A stretch of 24,751 nt of DNA from Promethearchaeati archaeon (GTDB taxonomy: Archaea; Asgardarchaeota; Heimdallarchaeia; JABLTI01). Made by a program: the position numbers and the translations under genes. Under the pieces are notes generated by a model. It searched no databases. It was given only the letters and a program-made list of their open reading frames with translations, and had not been told where the DNA came from. Shown piece after piece: positions 8,000-16,541 of this stretch (position 1 is its first letter; each line of letters begins with the position of its first letter). Where the stretch lies: positions 1-24,751 of the forward strand of contig JABLTI010000037.1 in assembly GCA_013166835.1 (NCBI GenBank), given 5' to 3'.

Positions 8000-10900
8000 A
8001 TTATTATTTCTTCATCTGTATGTTCTTTTGGTAGTGTGAAGTAGAAAGTTGCCCCTTTTCCTACTTCGCTTTCAGCCCAGATACGACCACCATGTCGATT
8101 AACAATTCTTTGAACTATTGCTAATCCAATACCAGTACCTTTGAATTCTGTATAAGTGTGTAGTCTTTGAAATACTGCAAATAGCTTATCTGCATAAGCA
8201 GCATCAAAACCTACACCATCATCTTGAATATAGTATACTTCTTCGTTATTTATGATTTTTCTGCCAAAATCAATTCTTGCTTTCTGTTTCTTAGAGGTGA
8301 ATTTCCAAGCATTACCCAAGAGATTCTCCATTATTGTTCTAATTAGGGTTGAATCACCTAAAACCTTGACATTGTCTTCCACTTTTACTTTTACCTTACG
8401 ATCAGGTTCATTCTCTTGGAATTCAGAAATAATATTATTAGCTAGTTCACTGAGATTAATTTCTCTTAAATCCATGTCTTTACGTGTTAAACGAGAAAGA
8501 GACAATATATCGTCAATTAAATTACTCATACGTTTACAAGCAGATCTAACTCGAGTTAAATAGTCCTTTCCAGTTTCATCCAGTTGATTTGTGTAATCCT
8601 CCAGTAATGCTTGACTAAAACCATCAATGCTTCTTAATGGAGTACGCAAATCATGTGAAACTGAATAAGAAAATGCTTCTAATTCTTTATTCACACTCAA
8701 TAATTGAGATGTTCTTTGTTGTACACGAAGTTCTAGTTCTTCATTTAATTCTCTTAATTCTTTTTCTACTTGTGTTCTTCTTATTGCAGTTGCTAATAAT
8801 CTAATGATGTTCTCAAAGAATATGACATCATCTTGTGGAATTTCCTTCGTTTTATAGGAAGCTAAATTTAGTGTACCAATAAGTTCATTGTTATCTGATA
8901 TAATTGGAAATGCAACCAAGCTTCTTATTTTCAACCTTCTTGTTCTTTCGAGTAATCTTTCTTCTAGTTCTGAATCTTCAATGTTAGAAATGAAAAATGA
9001 TTTTCTATCTCGAGCAACTTTAGAAATAAGAAAATCTTTATCACTAATATGAACTGGTTTCGGATCTCCACCTAGTAAATTCGTTAAACCAAATTCTGAA
9101 CTTAATACTAACATGCTAGATGTTTTGTCATACAACCTAATAGAACCTATGTCAAATTCATAGAGATCCATTAAAGATCTAATCATTTTTTCATTAAGTT
9201 CTACTATATCCTTTGAAAACAAAGCTATTTCTGCCACTAATTTAAAAACAAGTCTTTCTCTTATTAGTGAATCTTCAGCTATTTTCCCATCAGTTAAATC
9301 TGAAGTTGCAATATACAAATTGTAAGATTCACCATCTCCATAAGCAACATAGACTTTATTTCGAACAAATCTTTTTGTTCCATCATAACGATTAATCCAA
9401 AAATCACTTACAGTTATTGATCTTTGTTCTGAGCTTAGTTCTTTTGCTTCTTCATGATACCTGTTCTTTTCTTTATCTTGTATCATATCAACATAATTAC
9501 TCATTTTCATATATTCTTCTCTTGGATAACCATAAATCTCAAGTACTCTCTCATTTGCATAAACAATTATATTATTTTCAACAATAGTAATACCATCAAG
9601 TGATGTATCAACTGTTTTTTTAAATCTCTCCTCGCTGTCCTTTAGATTTTCTAAAACCTGTAAATGTTCAATTGCAGTTCCAATTATGTTGGTAATTGTG
9701 TCAAAGAAGGTTTTATCTTGTTCAGACAAATTAGTTATTTTTCTTGAGCCAAGTTGCATCATCCCCAGAAGCTCATTAGCTGCGTTTACTATTGGCCAAG
9801 AAATGTATGTTTGGTATTTATGCTTCTTAACTAAAGAAAAATTCTTCAGGAAATCATCTTTTTGGGCATCTAAAACAAATATCTTTCTTCTATTCTTTGC
9901 GAATCTAGCTATTGGATATTTCTCATCATCAATACTAATTGGTGTGATCATATACTCTTCATCTTGGACGATACCATAACTAGCAAATGGGAGTAGTTTT
10001 TTTTCTTTCTTATCAAAAAAGCGGATTGTTCCAGAATCGACATCAAGAATTTTAATAATCCCTTCTAAGATTTGTTCACAGAGATCTTTGACAGAAAGAT
10101 TATTTGCAGTTGCTTCGGATATTAATTCTAAAATTGATCTTTCTCGACTTAGAGCAAGCTGAGCATTTTTTTGTTCGGAAATGTCAACAACCATTGCAGC
10201 ATAGACTACTTCATCTCGAATTTCGATTGGTGTTATGCTAATAGATAACCATTTAGTTTTACCAGTTCTTGTTTTTAGGTTAAATTCTCTAATTGTAGGT
10301 GATTCTGATTCCACAAAATATTCACTTTGGAATAGTTTCAATATATCCTCAGTATCATCATTGGAATGATCAACCAAATACTCAAATGCATTCGTTTGAA
10401 GCATTGTTTCTAATGGATATTCAGTTATTTTTTCCATTTGTTTATTCGCAAAAAGAATTTCCCCTTGTTTTGTGAACAATAATACTCCCGTTAATGATTG
10501 CTCAGCAAAAGCACGTAATCTTTCTTCACTTTCTCTTCTAGCTTCTTCTGCAATTAAACGTTCTATAGCATTAGTTAGAGTTCCAGTAATTGTTTCAAAA
10601 ACTATTTGATCTTCTTCAGGAATTTCTTTTGGTACATGTGCTGCTAGCTGAAGAATGCCAAGGAGCTCATTTTTAGCATTAAGTATTGGCCAAGTTATAA
10701 CAGCTCCAAGATTAATCTGTTTTAATCTTTCAATATACTCCTGTGCAATGTCGTGTTTTATAATATCAGGAGCAAAAATTGCTGTTTTCGTTCGGGCAAC
10801 TAAAGCGTTAATATAATCAGGACTATCAATTGGGATAGATTGAATCTCTTGACCTGTTATAGTTTCAACCTGAACATTAGCAACAGGTTCAAGGAGTTTT

Positions 10901-13257
10901 TCTTCTTCATTATATAATCTTATCGAACCAACATCAAAACCTAAGGTTTCAATTAGACCATTAAGAATCCATTGACACAATTCAGGAAGCGTTGTTGCTT
11001 CTGCAGCTGCGTCTGCTATTATTTGGAATGCTTTTCGTTCGTTTCTTAATGAATCCTCTGCTTTTTTACTATCAGTTGTATCGAGAATTATTCCTTGAAA
11101 GTGAGTTACATTTCCTTCGGAATCTCGACGAATAGCATTATAATTATAAATCCAACGAGCATCTCCATTTTTTGAGAGAATTCTATATTCCATCACATAT
11201 TCGCGACAATCTTTGTTCTGTAAGTATTCTTGTTCTTCATCTATTACCTTTTGTAAGTCACTAGGATGAATGATATCAGCAAAAAGTAATTTTTCAGAGT
11301 AAAATTCCTCAGGAGAATAACCAAAGAGAGCAACATTATCTGAAACAAACTCAACCGGCCATCCTTTGGCGTTTCTCCAAAGGAAAACCACTGCAGGACT
11401 TAGATTAATTGTTCTATCTAGTTCCTCTCGTTCATTATAAGCTCTTATTAATGACTCTTCTGTTTTCTTTTGATCTGTGGTATCTAGAATAATTCCGTGA
11501 AAATGGGTTATATTTCCCGCTTCATCTCTTCTGATAGAAGTATAATCAAAAGTCCAACGAATATCTCCAGTTTTTGTTATTATCCTATATTCTTGAGTAA
11601 ATGTTTGTCGATTCTTATCTTTACTAAACTCCTCAACTTCTTTTGCTACCCTTTCTAAATCCTCAGGATAAACTATTTCACTATAAGGAACAGCACCTGA
11701 ATAGAAATCCTCAGGAGTATACCCAAATACTCCTACATTGTCTGAAGCATATTCAACAGGCCAGCCTTCTGCGTTTCTCCACAGAAAAACAATAGCAGGA
11801 CTTAGATTTATTATTGTATCAAGTTCTTCTCGTTCATAATAAGCTTCGATTAATGATTCTTCTTGTTTCTTTCGTTCTGTAATATCTAAGATTATTCCAT
11901 GGTAATGTGTTATATCACCATTGATATCCTTTCTTGGTGTAGAATACTCTAACACCCATTTTATTTCACCTGATTTTGTTCTAATACGATAATCAATTGG
12001 AAATTCATATGGATATTCTTTCTGTGAATAAAGATCTATTTCTACGTTTTCTACTCGAACATCCTCTTCAAAAATTAAGTCACGATATGAGATTTTTCCT
12101 GAATAGAAATCCTCTGGTGAGTAACCTAAAATATGAACATTATTTGTAACATAATCAACAGGCCAGCCCTTTTCATTTCTCCAAAGAAAAATGATTGCGG
12201 GGCTCATTTCTATGATTTGATTAATTTCTTTTCTCTCATGGAAGGCTTTTTCTAGAGCTTTTTCTGCATTAAATCTTTCAAGAGCATTTGCAAGCATAAT
12301 AGTAATAGATTCGAAAAGTGATCTGTCTTCATCAGGTATTGATTTCGGATTTCTGGCGGAAAGTTGTAAAGCACCTAAAATGTTTTTATCCTTATCTAGA
12401 ATTGGCCAAGAAATTAGCGCCTTAATATTAAACAATTCCAAACGTGATTTATATTTCTTCAATTCAGGGATTTTCGACACATCAGGAGCAAAAAGTGGTT
12501 CTCTTGTAATTATAGCTTGGGAAATAATATACTGATCATCAGTAAGCTTCATAGGCCTTAATTCACTAATTTTATCTTGTGGGAGACCTAATACTGCAAG
12601 AGGTGTTAATAGCTCTTTTTCTAGATCAAAAATTCTTAAAGTCCCAATATCAAAATCTAGATGCTCTAACAAGTCACTTAGAACTTTATTACAAAATTCT
12701 GGAACATCTGTAGTTTGAATTGCTGCATTAGCAATTTTTTGGAAAATAAGTCTATCTCTTTCTAAATTCAGTTCTGCATGTTTTCTAATAGTAATATCTC
12801 TAACAATACTCTGAATAAGAGTTCTTTTGCTTATAGGATCTTCAACCAAAGATAAATTTACTTCTCCATGGAAGATCTCTCCAGAATTTTTCCTAAATTT
12901 CCTTACATAAACTGGAAGTATTTTGCCTTTTTTCAATTCTTCGAGTTTTTCCAAGCTATCTGAACTTTCCTCTTCAAAAATAAAAGAACTAGCAGAAAGC
13001 TTGTGAATATCTTCAAGTTTGAATCCAAAGAGCTCAGTTGCTTTTTGATTAGCTATCCGATAAACTCTAGTTTCTAGATCCATTAGAATTATGGCATCAT
13101 TTGTTTTTTCGAAGAGAGAGTTGAACCTACTTTGCAATGCTTCAAGCTCTTTTTTTGTTTTTTCTAATTCTTTATGAGAGTTTTTCTTTTCCTCACTGTC
13201 ATTTGATTTTTTCTTAGGAATATTTTTCTTAAATGACTTATCGGAGGTTTCTTTCAT
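7996..13257 (-). CDS. Soluble multi-sensor histidine kinase (PAS-GAF-PAS-PAS-PAS-GAF-PAS-GAF-PAS-GAF-HisKA-HATPase)
   Basis: H-box ELEAFSYSVSHDLRTPL, N-box ENLLGNAWKF, DDGVGF, FQRLH, GTGIGL, GKGATF. PAS ends are RDIT/LDIT/LDTT/VDIS/SDLT and GAF cores are DIGxxRxxD...xWPI...LGxLQL. No TM helices. ATG 13257 is preferred over 13299. Confidence 0.92.
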   Translation of the reverse strand: MKETSDKSFKKNIPKKKSNDSEEKKNSHKELEKTKKELEALQSRFNSLFEKTNDAIILMDLETRVYRIANQKATELFGFKLEDIHKLSASSFIFEEESSDSLEKLEELKKGKILPVYVRKFRKNSGEIFHGEVNLSLVEDPISKRTLIQSIVRDITIRKHAELNLERDRLIFQKIANAAIQTTDVPEFCNKVLSDLLEHLDFDIGTLRIFDLEKELLTPLAVLGLPQDKISELRPMKLTDDQYIISQAIITREPLFAPDVSKIPELKKYKSRLELFNIKALISWPILDKDKNILGALQLSARNPKSIPDEDRSLFESITIMLANALERFNAEKALEKAFHERKEINQIIEMSPAIIFLWRNEKGWPVDYVTNNVHILGYSPEDFYSGKISYRDLIFEEDVRVENVEIDLYSQKEYPYEFPIDYRIRTKSGEIKWVLEYSTPRKDINGDITHYHGIILDITERKKQEESLIEAYYEREELDTIINLSPAIVFLWRNAEGWPVEYASDNVGVFGYTPEDFYSGAVPYSEIVYPEDLERVAKEVEEFSKDKNRQTFTQEYRIITKTGDIRWTFDYTSIRRDEAGNITHFHGIILDTTDQKKTEESLIRAYNEREELDRTINLSPAVVFLWRNAKGWPVEFVSDNVALFGYSPEEFYSEKLLFADIIHPSDLQKVIDEEQEYLQNKDCREYVMEYRILSKNGDARWIYNYNAIRRDSEGNVTHFQGIILDTTDSKKAEDSLRNERKAFQIIADAAAEATTLPELCQWILNGLIETLGFDVGSIRLYNEEEKLLEPVANVQVETITGQEIQSIPIDSPDYINALVARTKTAIFAPDIIKHDIAQEYIERLKQINLGAVITWPILNAKNELLGILQLAAHVPKEIPEEDQIVFETITGTLTNAIERLIAEEARRESEERLRAFAEQSLTGVLLFTKQGEILFANKQMEKITEYPLETMLQTNAFEYLVDHSNDDTEDILKLFQSEYFVESESPTIREFNLKTRTGKTKWLSISITPIEIRDEVVYAAMVVDISEQKNAQLALSRERSILELISEATANNLSVKDLCEQILEGIIKILDVDSGTIRFFDKKEKKLLPFASYGIVQDEEYMITPISIDDEKYPIARFAKNRRKIFVLDAQKDDFLKNFSLVKKHKYQTYISWPIVNAANELLGMMQLGSRKITNLSEQDKTFFDTITNIIGTAIEHLQVLENLKDSEERFKKTVDTSLDGITIVENNIIVYANERVLEIYGYPREEYMKMSNYVDMIQDKEKNRYHEEAKELSSEQRSITVSDFWINRYDGTKRFVRNKVYVAYGDGESYNLYIATSDLTDGKIAEDSLIRERLVFKLVAEIALFSKDIVELNEKMIRSLMDLYEFDIGSIRLYDKTSSMLVLSSEFGLTNLLGGDPKPVHISDKDFLISKVARDRKSFFISNIEDSELEERLLERTRRLKIRSLVAFPIISDNNELIGTLNLASYKTKEIPQDDVIFFENIIRLLATAIRRTQVEKELRELNEELELRVQQRTSQLLSVNKELEAFSYSVSHDLRTPLRSIDGFSQALLEDYTNQLDETGKDYLTRVRSACKRMSNLIDDILSLSRLTRKDMDLREINLSELANNIISEFQENEPDRKVKVKVEDNVKVLGDSTLIRTIMENLLGNAWKFTSKKQKARIDFGRKIINNEEVYYIQDDGVGFDAAYADKLFAVFQRLHTYTEFKGTGIGLAIVQRIVNRHGGRIWAESEVGKGATFYFTLPKEHTDEEIIM
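11040..12250 (-). repeat. Three tandem intragenic PAS repeats, 402-bp period
   Basis: The Trp codons of FLWRN fall at 12181, 11779 and 11377 (402 nt apart). Each unit has SPA..FLWRN..GWPV....NV...GY.PE.FYS. Confidence 0.9.
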
Positions 13258-13437
13258 CAAACTAGACACTCGAGGAACAATACGATAGGGTGAACACAAT
13301 TATATTTATTATGTTGCAGCTTTATTTTTATAAACAGTTATATTAACATAATCAAAACTTCGTAAAGACTAAAACAGAATTTCTTTTTTTTGATTTGAAC
13401 AATAATTAAGAATTTAACGAATAACAAATCATATTAT

Positions 13438-14004
13438 TTATAGTATCCCTAATGGATCATCATCAGTTAAATCTTGATAGGGTTTTAGGAGTGCTTGGAT
13501 CAATAAAACAATCCCTATGAGAATGTAAAGACTGAAAATACCTAGTGCTCCGTAAAATCCGTAATAATACAATATCGTATCATAAATGAAATAACTCATG
13601 AGATTATTTACAAATGTCATATAGAGAAGAGTTCCTCCTAAACTAACTACTCCACCAATTAACATCATGGCTGCACTAATTCTTCTATCCTCTCTTAAAG
13701 GATTAATTACTTTATATACTCCAGCAACAAGGAATATACAAGTACCACCAATAATTAATGCTAGAATGTATTGACTGTATTTTACCTCGGTAAATTCCCA
13801 GTAACTACTATCAGTTTCTGTAGTAATCTTTTCATCCGGTGGTAATTCTACGATTTTCACTCTACCGTTGAAGTAAATCCAAATGTGGCCCTCTTCAGAA
13901 CCAAACTTCTCTTCTGGCAAAGACATAACCATGAATGGAACAAATGCTACGAAAAGCAGACCGACTATTCCTAAGATTGTTAGTGGGATAGAAAGTTTTC
14001 TCAT
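13438..14004 (-). CDS. Hypothetical 4-TM membrane protein
   Basis: 188-aa ORF with four hydrophobic helices and a large loop after TM1. GGGTG SD-like motif upstream. Confidence 0.7.
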   Translation of the reverse strand: MRKLSIPLTILGIVGLLFVAFVPFMVMSLPEEKFGSEEGHIWIYFNGRVKIVELPPDEKITTETDSSYWEFTEVKYSQYILALIIGGTCIFLVAGVYKVINPLREDRRISAAMMLIGGVVSLGGTLLYMTFVNNLMSYFIYDTILYYYGFYGALGIFSLYILIGIVLLIQALLKPYQDLTDDDPLGIL

Positions 14005-14055
14005 TTAGACACCCAGTTATAATTCCTTTTCTCACTTGTTTTACTTTAATTTTCT

Positions 14056-14075
14056 TACAAATACTATTATTTGTA
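14056..14075. promoter_or_regulatory. Perfect inverted repeat in the divergent intergenic region upstream of the recombinase
   Basis: TACAAATA-CTAT-TATTTGTA. It is AT-rich, so chance cannot be excluded. Confidence 0.3.
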
Positions 14076-14155
14076 TTTTTTCAAAAGCTTTAGAAACAAT
14101 CAATTTAACGCGTAATATGGATATATGATAATAGATGTTACTTAACTTTTTATTT

Positions 14156-14196
14156 CAGCATCCTTTCTCTTTAACTAGATCTCAAAGGATGTGCTG
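14156..14196 (+). promoter_or_regulatory. Potential mRNA hairpin covering the recombinase ribosome-binding region
   Basis: CAGCATCCTTT (14156-14166) pairs with AAAGGATG[TG]CTG (14184-14196, 2-nt bulge), ending 2 nt before the GTG start. Confidence 0.4.
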
Positions 14197-14198
14197 GT

Positions 14199-15257
14199 GT
14201 GTTAGAAGAAGAAATTAGTTTATTTAGAGGTTTTATGGAAATAGAAGAGAGATCTATTCATACTATAAGACAGTATCTTGATATTCTTAATTGGTTTGAA
14301 TCTTTTTTGCAAGAAAAAGACATTAATTTTAAAGAATTAACTGAAAATGACATTGTAAAATTTCAGTTGTGGATAAAGAATAAACATCTTGTTAATCAGT
14401 TCTTGAGGATTTACAGGAAGCCACCAACAAAGTCTGAGCTTATAGAATTTTCAAAGACAACTAAAAGATTAGATGGAAAAAGTCTCTATAAATACTTGAC
14501 AACAATAAAGAAATTTCTAGAAGTGAATAATAAGCAATTAAATTGGACAAGAATTCCAACCCCCAAATATGATGAAAATTTTAATCCAGAAGTATTGTCA
14601 CCAAGTGAAATCCAAAAAATAGCTCAAACAGCAAGTAGATATTGTACTTTTCAACATACAACAGTAAGTTCAGATGATTGTATAAAATGTAAGAAATATA
14701 GAAAGCCGAAAAGCTATAAATCCTCTGCACAAAGATCTTACCCAGAAATATGCTTTTATTTTGATGGATTAAAATTAAAATCCATGATTCTGCTTGCTTA
14801 TGAAGCTGCTTTGAGAACTGATGAGTTATGCAACCTTAAATTTAAGCATTTAAATTTAGATTTGAAAGAAGTATTCATTGAGAAGCCATTAAAGCACTCA
14901 CAACCTCAAGCAGTCCCAATTTCTAACAACTTGAACTCACTCTTAAAAGATTATTTAATGAATTACAAATACCTCAGTAAAGATGAAGATATTCTTTTTC
15001 CAACAAAAACAGGGAAAAAATATCATGCAAATAATTTCGCTACACATGTTTTTAGACCAATAGCAAAACTCGCCGGTTTCGATGTAAGATATTACACCCT
15101 ACGACATAGTAGAGCAACAAATCTGATAAAACAAGGATTAGATATTGGTTGGGTAAGAAGGATAACTCGCCACAAAAATATCAACAATGTACTAAAGTAC
15201 ATCCACCTGTCTTCACAAGACATACGAAAGGAACTAGAGAAAAAAGAATTACTTTGA
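14199..15257 (+). CDS. Tyrosine recombinase/integrase (Xer-like)
   Basis: SAM-like N-domain (RSIHTIRQY), catalytic R206 (AALRTDEL), K (PLKH), YTLRH (R302), H325 (TRHKN), nucleophile Y334 (VLKYIH). Confidence 0.92.
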   Translation: MLEEEISLFRGFMEIEERSIHTIRQYLDILNWFESFLQEKDINFKELTENDIVKFQLWIKNKHLVNQFLRIYRKPPTKSELIEFSKTTKRLDGKSLYKYLTTIKKFLEVNNKQLNWTRIPTPKYDENFNPEVLSPSEIQKIAQTASRYCTFQHTTVSSDDCIKCKKYRKPKSYKSSAQRSYPEICFYFDGLKLKSMILLAYEAALRTDELCNLKFKHLNLDLKEVFIEKPLKHSQPQAVPISNNLNSLLKDYLMNYKYLSKDEDILFPTKTGKKYHANNFATHVFRPIAKLAGFDVRYYTLRHSRATNLIKQGLDIGWVRRITRHKNINNVLKYIHLSSQDIRKELEKKELL

Positions 15258-15259
15258 AA

Positions 15260-15625
15260 TCATAACCACAGAGCCAAGGATTCCCAGGCAATTGCTAGTT
15301 TCTGTAATGAGTTTGAAAAGATGACTGAAGGAGCATAGACTTGTCTTTCCTCATCAAAAACAACCATTCCGCGATCAATTAAACGGTTTAAAATACGATA
15401 AAAACTTGCCTTTGAAATATGCTCTCTATTGCGCATAAACATGTCATACATTTGATTTTTGGTAATAGAACGATTACCAGTTACCAGACTCTTCAAAATC
15501 ATAAGGGTAAGACCATATTCAGGGGAGTTCCTATCCCCAGTAGCAATAACTGCAACTATTTCTTCAAGTTTCATATCAGAACTGATTTTTTCAGCATCAA
15601 ACACTATCTTTGATTTCTTAGACAA
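15260..15625 (-). CDS. Small winged helix-turn-helix DNA-binding protein
   Basis: ITKNQMY...ISKASFYRILNRLIDRGMV...VY matches a wHTH recognition helix and wing. TTG start. Confidence 0.7.
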   Translation of the reverse strand: MSKKSKIVFDAEKISSDMKLEEIVAVIATGDRNSPEYGLTLMILKSLVTGNRSITKNQMYDMFMRNREHISKASFYRILNRLIDRGMVVFDEERQVYAPSVIFSNSLQKLAIAWESLALWL

Positions 15626-15638
15626 ACAAACCCGCTCA

Positions 15639-15656
15639 GTCTTATTTTTATAAGAC
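15639..15656 (-). promoter_or_regulatory. Palindrome overlapping a TATA box upstream of the wHTH gene
   Basis: GTCTTAT-TTTT-ATAAGAC has perfect 7-bp arms. The minus strand reads TTATAAAA centred about 24 nt before the start at 15625. Confidence 0.5.
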
Positions 15657-15704
15657 CTCCAATTTAAGGGTTTCTAGCTGGAAAATATTAAGGTGCTAAA
15701 AAGG

Positions 15705-16367
15705 TTAATCCCAACACTGTACATAAGTTTCATCATCCTTAGGCCAGATTTCAGGAGGATTAATGAAACCAATTTTTTCTTGTTTATTTAGCTCAGCAAT
15801 GAAATCAAGGAATTCTTGTGGGACCTCGGGATCAGCAATACATTTGTGACCTATATCACAATACAAAATATCAACGAGTTTTTTCGATGGAATCTTGACT
15901 GGCTCACGACCGAAATAATGATAGAATTTCCTATCTGAGACTAAAACGAATTCACCGTGCAAATCATCTCGTTGCTGCTTCATCCATTCTTCTTCATTTT
16001 TAAAATTATCTTGAGAATGAGCTGAATAATGTTGAACGAATTCCCCTTCAGAGTCTAATTCATAGATATTATCTCCAATTCTAAATATCTCTTCATCAAC
16101 AGAAAAATCAGGTCTTTTCAATTGAAAACGAGGATTTGTCCAATACTCATCGAAAGTAATTTTCTCAGTGATTTGCATAGCAAATAGAAGATAATGATCT
16201 TCTAGCTTTTCTGATTTTTCTTTTAAGCCAACAACCCAGTCTCCTACTTTGGCAATTTTTCTAATTAATGATTGATCTAAAGCGAGTGTACAATGATCCC
16301 AAAAAGGATTAGGAGTTAAACCACGATCATCTCTAACTACATACGAGTAAACCTTCAGTTTATTCAC
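15705..16367 (-). CDS. Nucleotide modification-associated domain 2 (Nmad2)-like protein
   Basis: VYSYVVRDDRGLTPNPFWDHCTLA....IRK.AKVGDWVVG, Y...RFQ.KRP, GDNIY, HS, VLVS..F.YFG match the Nmad2 pattern as I recall it. The true start is probably GTG 16367. Confidence 0.8.
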   Translation of the reverse strand: MNKLKVYSYVVRDDRGLTPNPFWDHCTLALDQSLIRKIAKVGDWVVGLKEKSEKLEDHYLLFAMQITEKITFDEYWTNPRFQLKRPDFSVDEEIFRIGDNIYELDSEGEFVQHYSAHSQDNFKNEEEWMKQQRDDLHGEFVLVSDRKFYHYFGREPVKIPSKKLVDILYCDIGHKCIADPEVPQEFLDFIAELNKQEKIGFINPPEIWPKDDETYVQCWD

Positions 16368-16541
16368 CAAGATAACAATAAAAAAAAAGAACATAAACAT
16401 TTATCTCTAAAAAGTAAGAAAACACAACCCTTAACATTTATTTTCTATAGAATATCAGAAAGAGATATTCCAACTCAATAAAAATTTAAATGAGACACGA
16501 ATATACGTCTCTCTTTTCTTTTTAAATTTGCATAAAACAAA

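Noticed and set aside
7996-13257. Bacteriophytochrome, given the Cph1-type HisKA and Rcp1 neighbour
   Set aside because: No PAS-GAF-PHY photosensory core, DIP motif or evident bilin-binding Cys/His motif.
13341-13370. XerD-arm-like TTATGTTAATA on the minus strand
   Set aside because: There is no matching second arm at 6-bp spacing, so it is likely chance.
14121-14148. dif-like site ATATATGATAA-TAGATG-TTACTTAACTT upstream of the recombinase
   Set aside because: Only the TAA-N6-TTA core fits. The arms are poorly complementary and such matches are expected in AT-rich DNA.
16368-16400. N-terminal MFMFFFFIVIL extension of the Nmad2 ORF as a signal peptide
   Set aside because: It derives from an intergenic poly-T run; family similarity starts at KVYSY, just after GTG 16367.
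14005-16541. Integrated element with att direct repeats or a tRNA target
   Set aside because: No tRNA and no convincing direct repeat found by eye in the flanking intergenic regions; no replication or transfer genes.
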